From: an uncultured bacterium
Lineage (GTDB): Bacteria > Methylomirabilota > Methylomirabilia > Rokubacteriales > DASRDR01
NCBI GenBank assembly: GCA_964416315.1
Contig: CAYQDR010000003.1
Location: 46,031 to 110,030 of the forward strand
Direction: 5' to 3'
DNA: 64,000 bases
Shown here: piece after piece, positions 36,111-46,248 of the stretch
Numbering within the stretch: position 1 is the stretch's first letter
Layout: each line of letters starts with the position of its first letter
The notes under the pieces: generated by a model
What the model was told of the DNA's origin: nothing
The model's input: the letters and a program-made list of their open reading frames with translations, nothing else
Database searches by the model: none
Translations under genes and position numbers: made by a program

Positions 36111-37417
36111 CGAAGCCGGCCGCGCCCGCCGCGCCGGCGGCCAAGACGCTGGCCTGCACGAGCTGCGGCGCCTCCCTGACGGTGCGCGCGCCCGGCCACA
36201 CGGTGTCGGTGGCCTGCTCGGCGTGCGGCGCGGTCCTCGACGCGCAGGACCCAGACTTCACCGTCATCGCGAAGTACGAGCAGAAGACCAAGATCAAGCC
36301 CGACATCCCCCTCGGCTCTCGCGGCAAGCTCCGGAACGAGATGTACGAGGTCATCGGCTTCCTCGTCCGCCGGATCAAGGTCGAGGGGGTCTACTACTCG
36401 TGGCGGGAGTTCCTCCTCTTCAATCCCTACCTCGGGATGCGCTGGCTCACCGAGTACGCGGGGCACTGGGTGTTCGCGAAGGCCGTGTCCGGCCGCCCAC
36501 AGAAGAACCCCGACACCACGGTGACGTACCTCGGCGCGACGTTCCGCCACTTCCAGACGGCGATGGCCGAGGTCGCCTACGTGCTGGGCGAGTTCCCCTG
36601 GCGGGCCAAGGTCGGCGAGACGGCGGAGGTGTCCGACTACGTCGATCCGCCACGCGTCCTCTCCTCCGAGAAGACGGCGGAGGAGACGACCTGGTCCATC
36701 GGCGACCACATCGAGGGCGCCTACCTCTGGGAGGCCTTCAACCTGAAGGGTGAGCCCCCCGTGGCGCGCGGGGTCGGGATCGCCCAGCCCTCCCCCTACG
36801 AGCCCCAGGCGCGGCCGATGCGGCGGATGTTCTGGGGGTTCCTGGGGGCGGCCGTCCTGATCCAGGTGGTCTTCAGCATCCTCGCGCAAGGCAAGCTCGT
36901 CTTCGAGCAGACGTTCGCGTTCGACCGGACGCGCGCGAACGCCGCGGTGGTCACCGAGCCCTTCGAGCTCGGCGGGCGGCGCTCCAACGTCCAGATCGAC
37001 ATCCGGACCGACCTGTCGAACAACTGGGCCTACTTCAACCTGGCGCTGATCAACGAGCAGACGGGGCGCGCGCTCAACTTCGGGCGGAATGTCGAGTACT
37101 ACTTCGGCCGCGATTCGGACGGCTCGTGGTCCGAAGGCGCGAAGTGGGACCGCGTCTACCTCCCGAGCATCGAGTCGGGTCGCTACTACCTCCTCATCGA
37201 GCCGGAGACCGGCGCGGCCCAGTTCACGTACGCCGTCGAGGTCCGCCGCGACGTCACGCGGTCGAGCTATCTCTGGTACGTCCTCGGCCTCCTCGTCATC
37301 CCGATGCTGATCTTCTGGTACCGGAAGCGGAGCTTCGAATACAAGCGCTGGGCGGAGAGCGACCACCCGATGTGGAGCGTGAGCGACATGGCGTCGGACG
37401 ACGACGATGATGACTAA
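36104..37417 (+). CDS. DUF4178-domain membrane protein
   Basis: GTG start overlaps the upstream stop. CTSCG..CSACG ribbon, DUF4178-like domain, TM helices, acidic tail DDDDDD. Confidence 0.6.
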   Translation: MVAKPAAPAAPAAKTLACTSCGASLTVRAPGHTVSVACSACGAVLDAQDPDFTVIAKYEQKTKIKPDIPLGSRGKLRNEMYEVIGFLVRRIKVEGVYYSWREFLLFNPYLGMRWLTEYAGHWVFAKAVSGRPQKNPDTTVTYLGATFRHFQTAMAEVAYVLGEFPWRAKVGETAEVSDYVDPPRVLSSEKTAEETTWSIGDHIEGAYLWEAFNLKGEPPVARGVGIAQPSPYEPQARPMRRMFWGFLGAAVLIQVVFSILAQGKLVFEQTFAFDRTRANAAVVTEPFELGGRRSNVQIDIRTDLSNNWAYFNLALINEQTGRALNFGRNVEYYFGRDSDGSWSEGAKWDRVYLPSIESGRYYLLIEPETGAAQFTYAVEVRRDVTRSSYLWYVLGLLVIPMLIFWYRKRSFEYKRWAESDHPMWSVSDMASDDDDDD

Positions 37418-37592
37418 GGTCTACGCGGTCGTCGGGGCCCTCGTGCTCTCCGCCCTCGGTTGGGCCCACTTCACCGGCTGGGCCCCGACCGACGTCGACG
37501 AGGTCAAGAACGTGCCGAAGTCGATCCGCGACAACCCGGGGTCGTACCGGTCGGCCTACGGCTGGGCGCGCCCCTACACGGGAGCCAAGTGA
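37407..37592 (+). CDS. small membrane protein
   Basis: 61 aa, one TM helix, overlaps the upstream gene end. Confidence 0.35.
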   Translation: MMTKVYAVVGALVLSALGWAHFTGWAPTDVDEVKNVPKSIRDNPGSYRSAYGWARPYTGAK

Positions 37593-37593
37593 C

Positions 37594-37812
37594 ATGACGC
37601 TACCGGACCTCCACTGGATGACCATCGTCGCCGCGCTCTTCTACGCCGTCATGGGGCTGCTCGTCTTCGCGCTGGCCTTCTGGCTCGTGGACCGCTTCAC
37701 GCCGTACCAGCTCTGGAAAGAGATCGTCGACGAGCACAACACGGCCCTGGCGATCATCGTGGCCGGGCTCTCGATCGGCATCGCGATCATCATCTCCTCG
37801 GCCATCCGCTGA
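37594..37812 (+). CDS. DUF350-family small membrane protein
   Basis: Two TM helices, 72 aa, typical DUF350 size and hydrophobicity. Confidence 0.5.
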   Translation: MTLPDLHWMTIVAALFYAVMGLLVFALAFWLVDRFTPYQLWKEIVDEHNTALAIIVAGLSIGIAIIISSAIR

Positions 37813-37831
37813 CCCGGCCGGCCCTGCGCCG

Positions 37832-39334
37832 GTGTCCTACGCCATCTATGCCACGATCGTCGTCATCGCCACGGCGGGGCTCGTCTACGAGCTCGTGGCC
37901 GCGACCGCCGCCTCCTACCTCCTGGGCGACTCGGTCACGCAGTTCTCGACCGTGATCGGCGCGTACCTGTTCGCGATGGGCATCGGCTCCTTCCTGTCGC
38001 GCTACGTGGCCACGGGGCTGGCGGCCCGCTTCGTCCAGGTGGAGATCCTCGTCGGGCTCGTCGGCGGCTGGGGGGCGCCGCTCCTCTTTCTCGCCTTCGT
38101 CCAGACCCAGCATTTCCGCCTCGTCCTCTACGGGCTGGTCCTCGTCGTCGGCATCCTGGTGGGCCTCGAGATCCCGCTCCTCCTCCGGCTCCTCCGCGGG
38201 CGGCTCACGTTCCGGGAGCTCGTGGCGCAGGTGCTCTCGCTCGACTACATCGGGGCGCTCGCCGCCTCCATCCTCTTCCCCCTGCTCCTGGTCCCGCGCC
38301 TCGGGCTCGTCCGGACCTCCCTCCTCCTCGGGCTCGGCAACGCGGCGGTCGGCCTCTGGTCCACGTGGATCTTCCGGGCGCAGCTCCCCGCGGCCGGGTT
38401 CCTCCGCGCGCTCGCCGCGGTCGCGATCCTGTCCCTGGGTGCGGGCGTCGTCGGAGCGGACCGGATTACGGAGTGGTCGGAGGACCGACTCTACGCTGAC
38501 GAAGTCATCCTCGCCCGCTCCTCCCCCTACCAGCGCATCGTCCTGACGCGGTGGCGTGACGACGTGCGGCTCTACCTCAACGGCCACCTCCAGTTCTCCT
38601 CCCGCGACGAGTACCGCTACCACGAGGCGCTCGTGCATCCGGCGCTCGCCGCCCACCCCGCGCCGCGCCGGGTGGTCGTCCTCGGCGGGGGCGACGGCCT
38701 CGCCGTCCGGGAAGTTCTCAGATACCCGACGGTCGCTTCGGTCACGGTCGTGGACCTCGATCCCGAGATGACACGCCTCTTCGCGACGAACCCGCTCCTC
38801 ACGGCGCTCAACGAGGGCGCCCTCACCGATCCCCGGGTGCGGATCGTCAACGAGGACGCCTTCGTCTGGCTGGACCGGAACGCGGGCGAGTTCGACGTCG
38901 CGATCGCGGATTTTCCCGACCCGCACAACTTCTCGCTCGGCAAGCTCTACACGCGCTCCTTCTACCGGCTGCTCCGGACGCGCCTCGCCCCGGACGGGAT
39001 CGCCGTCGTCCAGGCGACCTCGCCGATGTTCGCGCGCCGCTCCTTCTGGTGCATCGTCGAGACCCTCCGCAGCGCCGGGTTTGCGCCGCGCCCGTACCAC
39101 GCCTACGTCCCCTCGTTCGGCGAGTGGGGGTTCGTCCTGGCCCCGAAGGCCGGCTGGAGGCCCCCGCGCGCCTATCCCGCCGGGCTCCGCTTCCTCACGG
39201 CGGAGGCGACGCCGGCCCTCTTCGCCTTCCCCCCCGACATGGCGCCGGTGCCCGTCGAGGTGAACCGCCTCGACAACCAGGTCCTCGTCCAGTACTACGG
39301 CGCCGAGTGGCAGCGGATCGCGCCGTCCTCGTGA
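37832..39334 (+). CDS. membrane-anchored polyamine aminopropyltransferase (spermidine synthase) homologue
   Basis: Multi-TM N-terminal half. C-terminal SpeE fold VVVLGGGDGLAVREVL...DVAIADFPDP. Confidence 0.75.
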   Translation: MSYAIYATIVVIATAGLVYELVAATAASYLLGDSVTQFSTVIGAYLFAMGIGSFLSRYVATGLAARFVQVEILVGLVGGWGAPLLFLAFVQTQHFRLVLYGLVLVVGILVGLEIPLLLRLLRGRLTFRELVAQVLSLDYIGALAASILFPLLLVPRLGLVRTSLLLGLGNAAVGLWSTWIFRAQLPAAGFLRALAAVAILSLGAGVVGADRITEWSEDRLYADEVILARSSPYQRIVLTRWRDDVRLYLNGHLQFSSRDEYRYHEALVHPALAAHPAPRRVVVLGGGDGLAVREVLRYPTVASVTVVDLDPEMTRLFATNPLLTALNEGALTDPRVRIVNEDAFVWLDRNAGEFDVAIADFPDPHNFSLGKLYTRSFYRLLRTRLAPDGIAVVQATSPMFARRSFWCIVETLRSAGFAPRPYHAYVPSFGEWGFVLAPKAGWRPPRAYPAGLRFLTAEATPALFAFPPDMAPVPVEVNRLDNQVLVQYYGAEWQRIAPSS

Positions 39335-40983
39335 ACGCCCGTTTCGGGCCCGCGCTCACCCGCCGGGAGCTGCTCACGGGCGGGCTCGCGGCGACGGCGG
39401 CGGGCCTCCTGCCCGGGTGCGGGGCCGCCGCGCGGTCGGGCGACGCCGGGTCGGCGATTCAGGGCGGGATCGTCGGGGCGTCCCAGGCCCTCGGCCACCT
39501 CCTCCGCGACGGCTTCGCCTTCCCCGCAGCGGCGCGGACCGAGCGCGTCGCCGCGGTCGTCGTGGGTGGCGGGGTCGCCGGCCTCGCCGCTGCGTGGCGG
39601 TTCGCCCGGAACGGGTTTCCCGACTTCCTCCTCCTCGAGCTCGAGGAGACGGTGGGCGGCAACGCGCGCGCCGGGCGCTCCAGCGTGACCGCCTACCCGT
39701 GGGGGGGCCACTACCTTCCGCTCCCCGGCCCCGAGACGCGCGCGGTGCGGGAGCTCCTCCTGGACCTCGGCGTCATCGAACGGTTCGATCGGAGCGGGCG
39801 ACCCGCCTACGACGAGCGGTCCCTCTGCTTCGCACCGCAGGAGCGGCTCTTCCTTCACGGCCGGTGGCAGGAGGGGCTCTTCCCGGTGACCGGGGCGACG
39901 GAGGCGGACCTCGCGCAGCTCGCCGCGTTCCGGCAAGAGATGGAGCGGCTCCGACGGCTGCGCGACGGGAGCGGGCGGCGGCCGTTCGCCATCCCGCGCG
40001 CCGCCGGGGCGCCGGGCGCCTTCCGGGAGCTCGACCGGGTCTCGATGGCCGACTACCTCGTCGCCCGCGGCTGGACCTCCCCGCGCCTGCGCTGGTACGT
40101 CGAGTACGCCTGCCGCGACGACTTCGGCACGGGCCTCGCCGAGACCTCGGCGTGGGCGGGCGTCCACTACTACGCGGCTCGCGTCCCGGACCCGGAATAC
40201 GGCGACGTCGTCCTGACCTGGCCCGAGGGCAACGGCTGGCTGACGGAGCGCCTGGCGGCGCCCGCGCGGGAGCGGATCCGCGCGGCCCAGCTCGTCTTCA
40301 ACGTCGAGCCGGCGGCGGACGGCGTCCTGGTCGAGGCCTACGACGCCGGGACGCGGCAGGCGACGCGCCTCCTCGCGCGCGAGGTGATCCTGGCGTGCCC
40401 CGTCTTCGTCGCCGCGCGGATCTTCCGGCCCTGGCGCGAGCGCCCGCCGGCGTTCCTCCCCGCCTTCCGCCACGCGCCCTGGCTCGTCGCCAACCTCCAC
40501 CTGGCCCCCGTCCCGCCCGACGGGGAGGGCGCCCCCCCGGCCTGGGACAACGTCCTCTACGAGAGCGCGGGGCTCGGCTACGTCGTCGCCACCCACCAGT
40601 CGCTCCGGACGCACCACGGCGCAACGGTCTGGACCTACTACCGCCCGTTCGCCGGGCGCGATCCCGTCGCCACGCGGCGCGAGCTGGCGGCCACGCCCTG
40701 GGCCGTGTGGCGCGACCGGATCCTCGCCGACCTCGGCCGCGCTCACCCGGAGCTCGCGCGATCCGTCCGCCACCTCGACGTCATGCTGTACGGCCACGCG
40801 ATGGTGCGCCCCGAGGCCGGCTTCGTGTGCGGCCCCGCCCTCGCTGCGGCCGCGACGGCGCTCCGCGGGCCCGTCCACCTCGCCCACTCGGACCTGTCGG
40901 GCTTCTCGCTCTTCGAGGAGGCCTACGAGTGGGGAACACGGGCCGCCCAGCGAGTCCTCAGGCGGCTCGGGTCCGTCGCGTGA
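39331..40983 (+). CDS. Tat-exported FAD-dependent amine oxidase-like oxidoreductase
   Basis: Twin-arginine signal RRELLTGGLAATAAGLL. GxGxxG VVGGGVAGLAAAW. GTGA overlap with the speE-like stop. Confidence 0.7.
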   Translation: MNARFGPALTRRELLTGGLAATAAGLLPGCGAAARSGDAGSAIQGGIVGASQALGHLLRDGFAFPAAARTERVAAVVVGGGVAGLAAAWRFARNGFPDFLLLELEETVGGNARAGRSSVTAYPWGGHYLPLPGPETRAVRELLLDLGVIERFDRSGRPAYDERSLCFAPQERLFLHGRWQEGLFPVTGATEADLAQLAAFRQEMERLRRLRDGSGRRPFAIPRAAGAPGAFRELDRVSMADYLVARGWTSPRLRWYVEYACRDDFGTGLAETSAWAGVHYYAARVPDPEYGDVVLTWPEGNGWLTERLAAPARERIRAAQLVFNVEPAADGVLVEAYDAGTRQATRLLAREVILACPVFVAARIFRPWRERPPAFLPAFRHAPWLVANLHLAPVPPDGEGAPPAWDNVLYESAGLGYVVATHQSLRTHHGATVWTYYRPFAGRDPVATRRELAATPWAVWRDRILADLGRAHPELARSVRHLDVMLYGHAMVRPEAGFVCGPALAAAATALRGPVHLAHSDLSGFSLFEEAYEWGTRAAQRVLRRLGSVA

Positions 40984-41207
40984 GCCTCCCAGGGAGCCAG
41001 CGATGAAGAGCGTCCAGGCGTTCGCCGAAGGACTGTCCCGGATCCCGGAGCCCTTCCGCGCGAGACCCGTCCGCGGTATGCTCTCGGCCTGGACCGCAAC
41101 TCGACCGCTCCAGGGAGGGCCCATGGCGCGCATGCTGGGTTGGCGTGAGGTGAGGACACAACTGGCGCCGGGGGGGGGGCGCAGCGCGGACCCTGCTGAG
41201 CCGGGCG

Positions 41208-42236
41208 GTGCTGCTGGGCGTGGCGGCGGCGGTGCTCGGCTGGCTTCCGGCGGTTGACGCCGCCGGGTTCGTGCTGGACCAGGCCGACTACGTGTACAAC
41301 CCGAGCGCGCCGGCAGAGCCCGACGCCGCGGTCTGGCAGAAGTCCGGGAACATCACCCCGATCCTCGGCGCCGACTCGCTGGTCTTGGTCGACCCGGACA
41401 GTTCCTCGTCGCTCCTCTATGCTCATTCGGTCGCGCAAATCCCGGTCGGAGCGACAGCGAGCTTCCGCGTGACCCTCAGGATTCCTTCGGTCTCCGACTC
41501 CTCCCCCGCGTTTGACGGCAATGTAACCGGCGGGCGAGTGATTCTCGATGACGGCGTGAAACGCGCGGAGCTGCAGTTCGCTCGTGACGCTACCAACAGC
41601 AATACGCGCATCCTTGGATTGGGTGGCGCCGCCACGGGTCAGCCCATTCCATGGATCTGGGACAACAACATCGCCACGACCTACGCGATCGCGCGTGCGT
41701 CCGATGGCAGCATGACCGTGACGATCACCAGCAGCGATCCGACCATCGCGCCCATCTCGAAGACATACTCACCAGGCGACCTGACCGGGACGAGTGGCCA
41801 AGCCCACTTTGCCTTCGGCACGGGGGATCTCGGCGGTGGCGCCTTCGCGTTCAGCGAAGTGCACGGCGTGATCAGTGATGAGGTTGTTCTGGTCGCCATC
41901 GACATCAAGCCGGGCAGCGACGATCCCGCCACTGTCAATCTCGGCTCGGCGGGCGTCATCCCGGTGGCCATCTTGAGCAGCCCGAGCTTTGATGCCACGC
42001 AGGTCGTCCCGGAATCGGTGTCGCTGGCGGGGGCCAAGGTCAAGCTGATCGGCAAGGCCGGGCGCTACTCATGCGCGACCACGGACGTGAACACCGACGG
42101 CCTCCTGGACCTGCTCTGCCACGTGGAGACGGCGCAGTTCTTCCTGGAGCCGGGCGAGTCGCTGGCCGTGCTGGAGGCGGAGACCCTGGGCGGGCGCGCG
42201 ATCCGGGGTCAGGAGATGGTCCGCATCGTCCCCTGA
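41208..42236 (+). CDS. secreted hypothetical protein in a lower-GC segment
   Basis: Ser/Thr/Gly-rich beta-type sequence. Upstream poly-G tract separates a plausible signal-peptide start (ATG about 41125) from this frame. Confidence 0.45.
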   Translation: MLLGVAAAVLGWLPAVDAAGFVLDQADYVYNPSAPAEPDAAVWQKSGNITPILGADSLVLVDPDSSSSLLYAHSVAQIPVGATASFRVTLRIPSVSDSSPAFDGNVTGGRVILDDGVKRAELQFARDATNSNTRILGLGGAATGQPIPWIWDNNIATTYAIARASDGSMTVTITSSDPTIAPISKTYSPGDLTGTSGQAHFAFGTGDLGGGAFAFSEVHGVISDEVVLVAIDIKPGSDDPATVNLGSAGVIPVAILSSPSFDATQVVPESVSLAGAKVKLIGKAGRYSCATTDVNTDGLLDLLCHVETAQFFLEPGESLAVLEAETLGGRAIRGQEMVRIVP

Positions 42237-42251
42237 CGGCGTCGGCCGGCT

Positions 42252-42638
42252 TCAGGATCCAGGCCGCGCCCCCGTCTCGACGGGTGCGGGCGGCTGGGCG
42301 GCGGGGTGCAGGACCCCAATCGCCCAGTCGAGGTCGAGGCGCTCGCCGAGCCAGCTCGGGCACCCCGTCCGCGCGTCGATCGCGAGCCCGCGCGCCCGGT
42401 GGGTCGCAACCAGCGCGTCGGTCGGGTCGCCCGGGACCGCCGGCGCCCGCGGGACTGCGGGAATCGGCCGGCCGTCCGGCGTGGCGAAGCGAAGCGTGCC
42501 GTCGCCGTCGCGCGTGACCTGGTAGCCCTCCTCGTGGACGGCCCGGTGATGGCGCCGGCAGAGCAGGGCGAGGTTCTCGAGCCGGGTCGGCCCGCCGTTC
42601 GCCCAGTGGTGGAGGTGATGCCCCTGGGCGTGGCGCAC
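42252..42638 (-). CDS. HNH endonuclease domain protein, possibly a fragment of a DUF222-type gene
   Basis: HHLHHWANGGPTRLENLALLCRRHHRAVHE HNH motif. Only the C-terminal region of typical DUF222/HNH proteins is present. Confidence 0.45.
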   Translation of the reverse strand: MRHAQGHHLHHWANGGPTRLENLALLCRRHHRAVHEEGYQVTRDGDGTLRFATPDGRPIPAVPRAPAVPGDPTDALVATHRARGLAIDARTGCPSWLGERLDLDWAIGVLHPAAQPPAPVETGARPGS

Positions 42639-42639
42639 G

Positions 42640-44500
42640 GCTTACCGATGATCTCTCGGCGTCAAGCATGCGCAGCGCCAGGATAGCGGACCGTGCCGAA
42701 CAACCGATGCAGCCCGAGCCCCCTCAGCCAGCCGAACGACCACCGGGAGATCGCCGCGTGCCGGTCCCGCAGACCGTGACGCCGGGCCAGAAACAGCCCG
42801 AGCCGTTGCCGCACGTAGTGATCGATCTGGTTGAACTTCAGGGTGGCATTCCCAGCCGCGCGATGACGACCCGCACGTCCTTCACCCCGCTGTGCCGCGC
42901 GTCCGTCAGCTCTCGAATGCGAGCCCCGAAGCCGCTTCATGCTCCTCGGCGACGGCCATCGCTGCAAAAACATCCGGCCGGGATACCGCACCGACCGGCA
43001 CTTCTTCAGCCGACATCCGAGGAACTCGAAGCCCTCCTGCCCGCCCCCGAGCGCCACCAGCCGCGTCTTCTCCGGATGCGCCTCCAATCAGCCCCACCCG
43101 CCTGAGCGCCTCCCGCGCCTGCCCCTCGGTGCGACAGAGCACCACGAGATCGTCGGCGTAGCGAACCAACACGCCGAGCCCCGCGCACCGCTGCTGCCAG
43201 ATCCGATCGAGCCCATGCCGGGAGATGTTCGAGAGCAGCGGCGAGATTACCCCACCCTGCGGCGTCCCCACCACCGTCGCCTCTCGACGCCCTTCCTCCA
43301 GCACCCCGGCCTTCAGCCATCGCCGGATCAGCTTCAGCACCCGCCGGTCCGACACCCGCCGCCCCACTTCCCCCATCAGCCGGTCGTGGTCGATGCGGCC
43401 GAAGTAGTCCTGAATGTCGACCTCTACCACATGATCGTGCCCCTGGTTCGCTGTGACCCGAATGGTCTCCAGCGCCTCCGTGGCGCTTCGCTTCGGCCGG
43501 AACCCGTAGGACACCGGCAGAAAATCGGCCTCGAAGAGCGGCTCGATCACCAGCTTGGTCGCCATCTGCACGACCCGGTCCCGGACTGTCGGAATGCCCA
43601 ACGGCCGTCGCCGTCCATCCGCCTTCGGGATGTACCGCCGCTCCACCGGTGCCGGTCGGTACCGCCCAGCCTTGAGGTCGGCCTGGATCTCGTGAAGAAA
43701 CCCCTCGACCCCCCGCTGCTCAATGGCCGCGATCGTCTCGCCGTCCACCCCCGCAGCGCCCCGATTCGCTCGCACCCCGCGCCACGCTTCCCACAGGACG
43801 TCACTCCTGTAGATCCGGTCGTACAGCGCGTGGAACCGCCGCCCCCGACTCCGCTTGGCCGCACGCCACAGCGCCCGCTGGAGTTCTCGCACTTTGCCGT
43901 CCGGGTCGTTGGAGCTTGCGCTCATGCCCTCGCGCTTACCCCCAGGCGGACGCATGACCAAAGCAGGGGCCCTTCCCTCCAGGCGATTGTCTCGCCCTTC
44001 CCCGGTACTCCGACCCCCTCGGACGCCCTCCCGACGCCCCGCCGTTTCGGACTCGCCTTATCGACGTGGCCGTGCTCTGACTTGAGCCGTCGGGGAGGGC
44101 CTCTCCAGTTCCGCACCGGGCCATGGACACGTGCCGCTCCCCGTACCCCGGAGGGGTCCAGCGCCGCGCCGATCCTTACGCGCTGTCTGTGGCCTTCGCC
44201 GTGACATGCCCGGCTCGGCCCCCTCTGCCTTTCGGCTGATAATCTGACGAGGCGGCAGGATTCACGTGATGTTGCGGCCCGCGCCCTCGCTCCCTCCGTA
44301 GAGGCTCTTGACGCCCTGCTCAGCGTCGAGGCTCTCACCTCGCCGCCAGGGCCTGCTACTGAGCGCATCGGCGCTTACTCAGGCGGGACTTCCACCCGCA
44401 GGTCCGGTGCAGCTTGGCTGGACGCAGCACGGGAACAGCATACCACTCGCTCCCCTGGACTGGACCCCAAGGGCGCCGTCCGTGGGTGATCCAGGATCCG
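42640..44500 (-). mobile_element. group II intron (boundaries approximate) with degenerate intron-encoded protein
   Basis: Intron-encoded protein has RT motifs [30 protein letters not shown] and YADDLVV. The maturase/X domain [11 protein letters not shown]...NQIDHYVRQRL continues in a different frame. About 550 nt of non-coding 5' sequence fits domains I-III. Confidence 0.55.
42662..43925 (-). pseudogene. group II intron RT/maturase with frameshift between RT and X domains
   Basis: RT domain in frame of ORF 42906-43961 (start ATG 43925). X domain in frame of ORF 42662-43087. Confidence 0.55.
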
Positions 44501-44509
44501 GAGGGTTGC

Positions 44510-46231
44510 TCAAAGCAGCGGCGGCACGTACGCCTGGCGCTTGACGTCGAGGAGGCCGCGGGCTGTGAGGCGGAGCGCCGGGATGGCGGTGAAGGTCAGC
44601 GTCTGGAGGGTCAGCAAGGGGCGCGGGAGCCGACAGCCGAGGGCGCGCGCCGCCTCCTCGATCGCCTCCAGTCCGCGCGCGACCTCGCGGAGGGGCAGAT
44701 CCGAGGCCACGCCGCCGAGCGGGAGCGACAGGTCCGCGCGCACGGCGCCGGTGCCATCCACGACCGCGAGGCCGCCTCGCAGCTCCACCACTCGGCGCAG
44801 GGCCGCGCTCAACGCCTCGGGGGAGGCGCCGAGGACGACGAGGTCCGCCGTGTCGAAGGAGACCGTCGAGGCGAACGCGCCCTCGCGGAGCCCGAAGCCC
44901 CGGACGATCCCCAGTGCGCGGCGCCCCGCGACGCGGCGATCCAGCGCCGCCGCGACGAGGCAGTCCCGCCCGGGATCGGCGACGACGGCACCGTCCCGCA
45001 CGGGGAGGGTCACCGCGTCCTCCGCGGTCAGGATGTCGCCCGCGATCCGGATCACCCGCACCCGCGCCGTCGGCCCCGGGGCCGTGAGCCGCAGCGTCGC
45101 CGGCTCGAGCGGCCCGGCGCACAGGCCGGCGTAAACGCCCGCCGGCAGGACGGCCGGCTCGAGGGGCGCCAGGCACTGCCCCTCGCGGGCGACGACGCGG
45201 CCCCGCGCGACGACGACCTCCGGACGCACCGTCCGGAGGCCCGGCAGCAACACGAAGTCCGCGAAGCGCCCGGGCGCGATCCCCCCGAGGTCGCCGTCGA
45301 GCCGGTAGTGCTCGGCGACGTTCAGGCTCGCCATCCGGTACGCCGTGACGGGCGGGATGCCGAACTCGATCGCCTTCTGGACGATCCCGTCCATGTAGCC
45401 GTGGGCAAGGAGGTCGGCCGGCCAGACGGCGTCCGAGGCGAGTGCCGCGCGCCGGAAGTCCACGCCGTCGTGGCGGACCCCCGCAACGGCCGCGAGGTCG
45501 CGGCGCACCGAGCCCTCGCGCACGAACACGAACATCCCGAGCCGGAGGCGCTCGAGCGCCTCGGCGGCCGTGATCGGCTCGTGGCAGGAGCCGACGCCAG
45601 CCCCCACGTACGCGGCGAGCTTCGCGCCGCGGGCCCCCGCCGAGTGGCCCTCCACGGTCTTGCCGAGCACTCGGGCCCGCTCGATGAGCCCGCCGAGCCG
45701 TTCGGGCTCCGGGAGGAGGCGGTGCCAGTAGACCTCGCCGAGGCCCAGCACGGCCGGGTCGTCGAGGAGCGCCCGCATTTCGACCTCCCCGATGACCGGA
45801 GCCCCCGTGCCGTCGTCCGTCGAGAGGAACGAGATGACCGGCGCCGTCGCGAAGGCGTGGATCGGCTGCGCGCGGAGACAGTCGAGGAACCAGCGGGCGC
45901 CCGCCGACCCGAGCGCGGAGGTGAGCTGCCCCATCTCGGTGACCAGGGCCGTGAGCCCGCGCGGGATCGCCTCGCGCAGCAGCTCGGGGAGGCTCACCAG
46001 CGTGTCCAGGTGGGTGTGGCCGTCGATGAAGCCGGGCACGAGGACGTGCCCCGCGGCGTCGAGCCGCGCCGTCGCCGGCCCGGCGAGCCCCCCGAGGTCG
46101 GGTCCCGTGGCGGCCACCCGCTCGCCCGCGACCGCGACGTCCCAGCGGATGAGCTCGCCCGTGTAGACGTTGACGACCGTCGCGCCCGTGACGAGCAGAT
46201 CGGCGGGCGCCTCGCCCAGGGCGACCCGCAT
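44510..46231 (-). CDS. ade: adenine deaminase
   Basis: FIDGHTHLD metal-binding motif and amidohydrolase fold. Full-length match to the adenine deaminase family. ATG 46231. Confidence 0.8.
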   Translation of the reverse strand: MRVALGEAPADLLVTGATVVNVYTGELIRWDVAVAGERVAATGPDLGGLAGPATARLDAAGHVLVPGFIDGHTHLDTLVSLPELLREAIPRGLTALVTEMGQLTSALGSAGARWFLDCLRAQPIHAFATAPVISFLSTDDGTGAPVIGEVEMRALLDDPAVLGLGEVYWHRLLPEPERLGGLIERARVLGKTVEGHSAGARGAKLAAYVGAGVGSCHEPITAAEALERLRLGMFVFVREGSVRRDLAAVAGVRHDGVDFRRAALASDAVWPADLLAHGYMDGIVQKAIEFGIPPVTAYRMASLNVAEHYRLDGDLGGIAPGRFADFVLLPGLRTVRPEVVVARGRVVAREGQCLAPLEPAVLPAGVYAGLCAGPLEPATLRLTAPGPTARVRVIRIAGDILTAEDAVTLPVRDGAVVADPGRDCLVAAALDRRVAGRRALGIVRGFGLREGAFASTVSFDTADLVVLGASPEALSAALRRVVELRGGLAVVDGTGAVRADLSLPLGGVASDLPLREVARGLEAIEEAARALGCRLPRPLLTLQTLTFTAIPALRLTARGLLDVKRQAYVPPLL

Positions 46232-46248
46232 GAGGCGAGCCCGATCGC

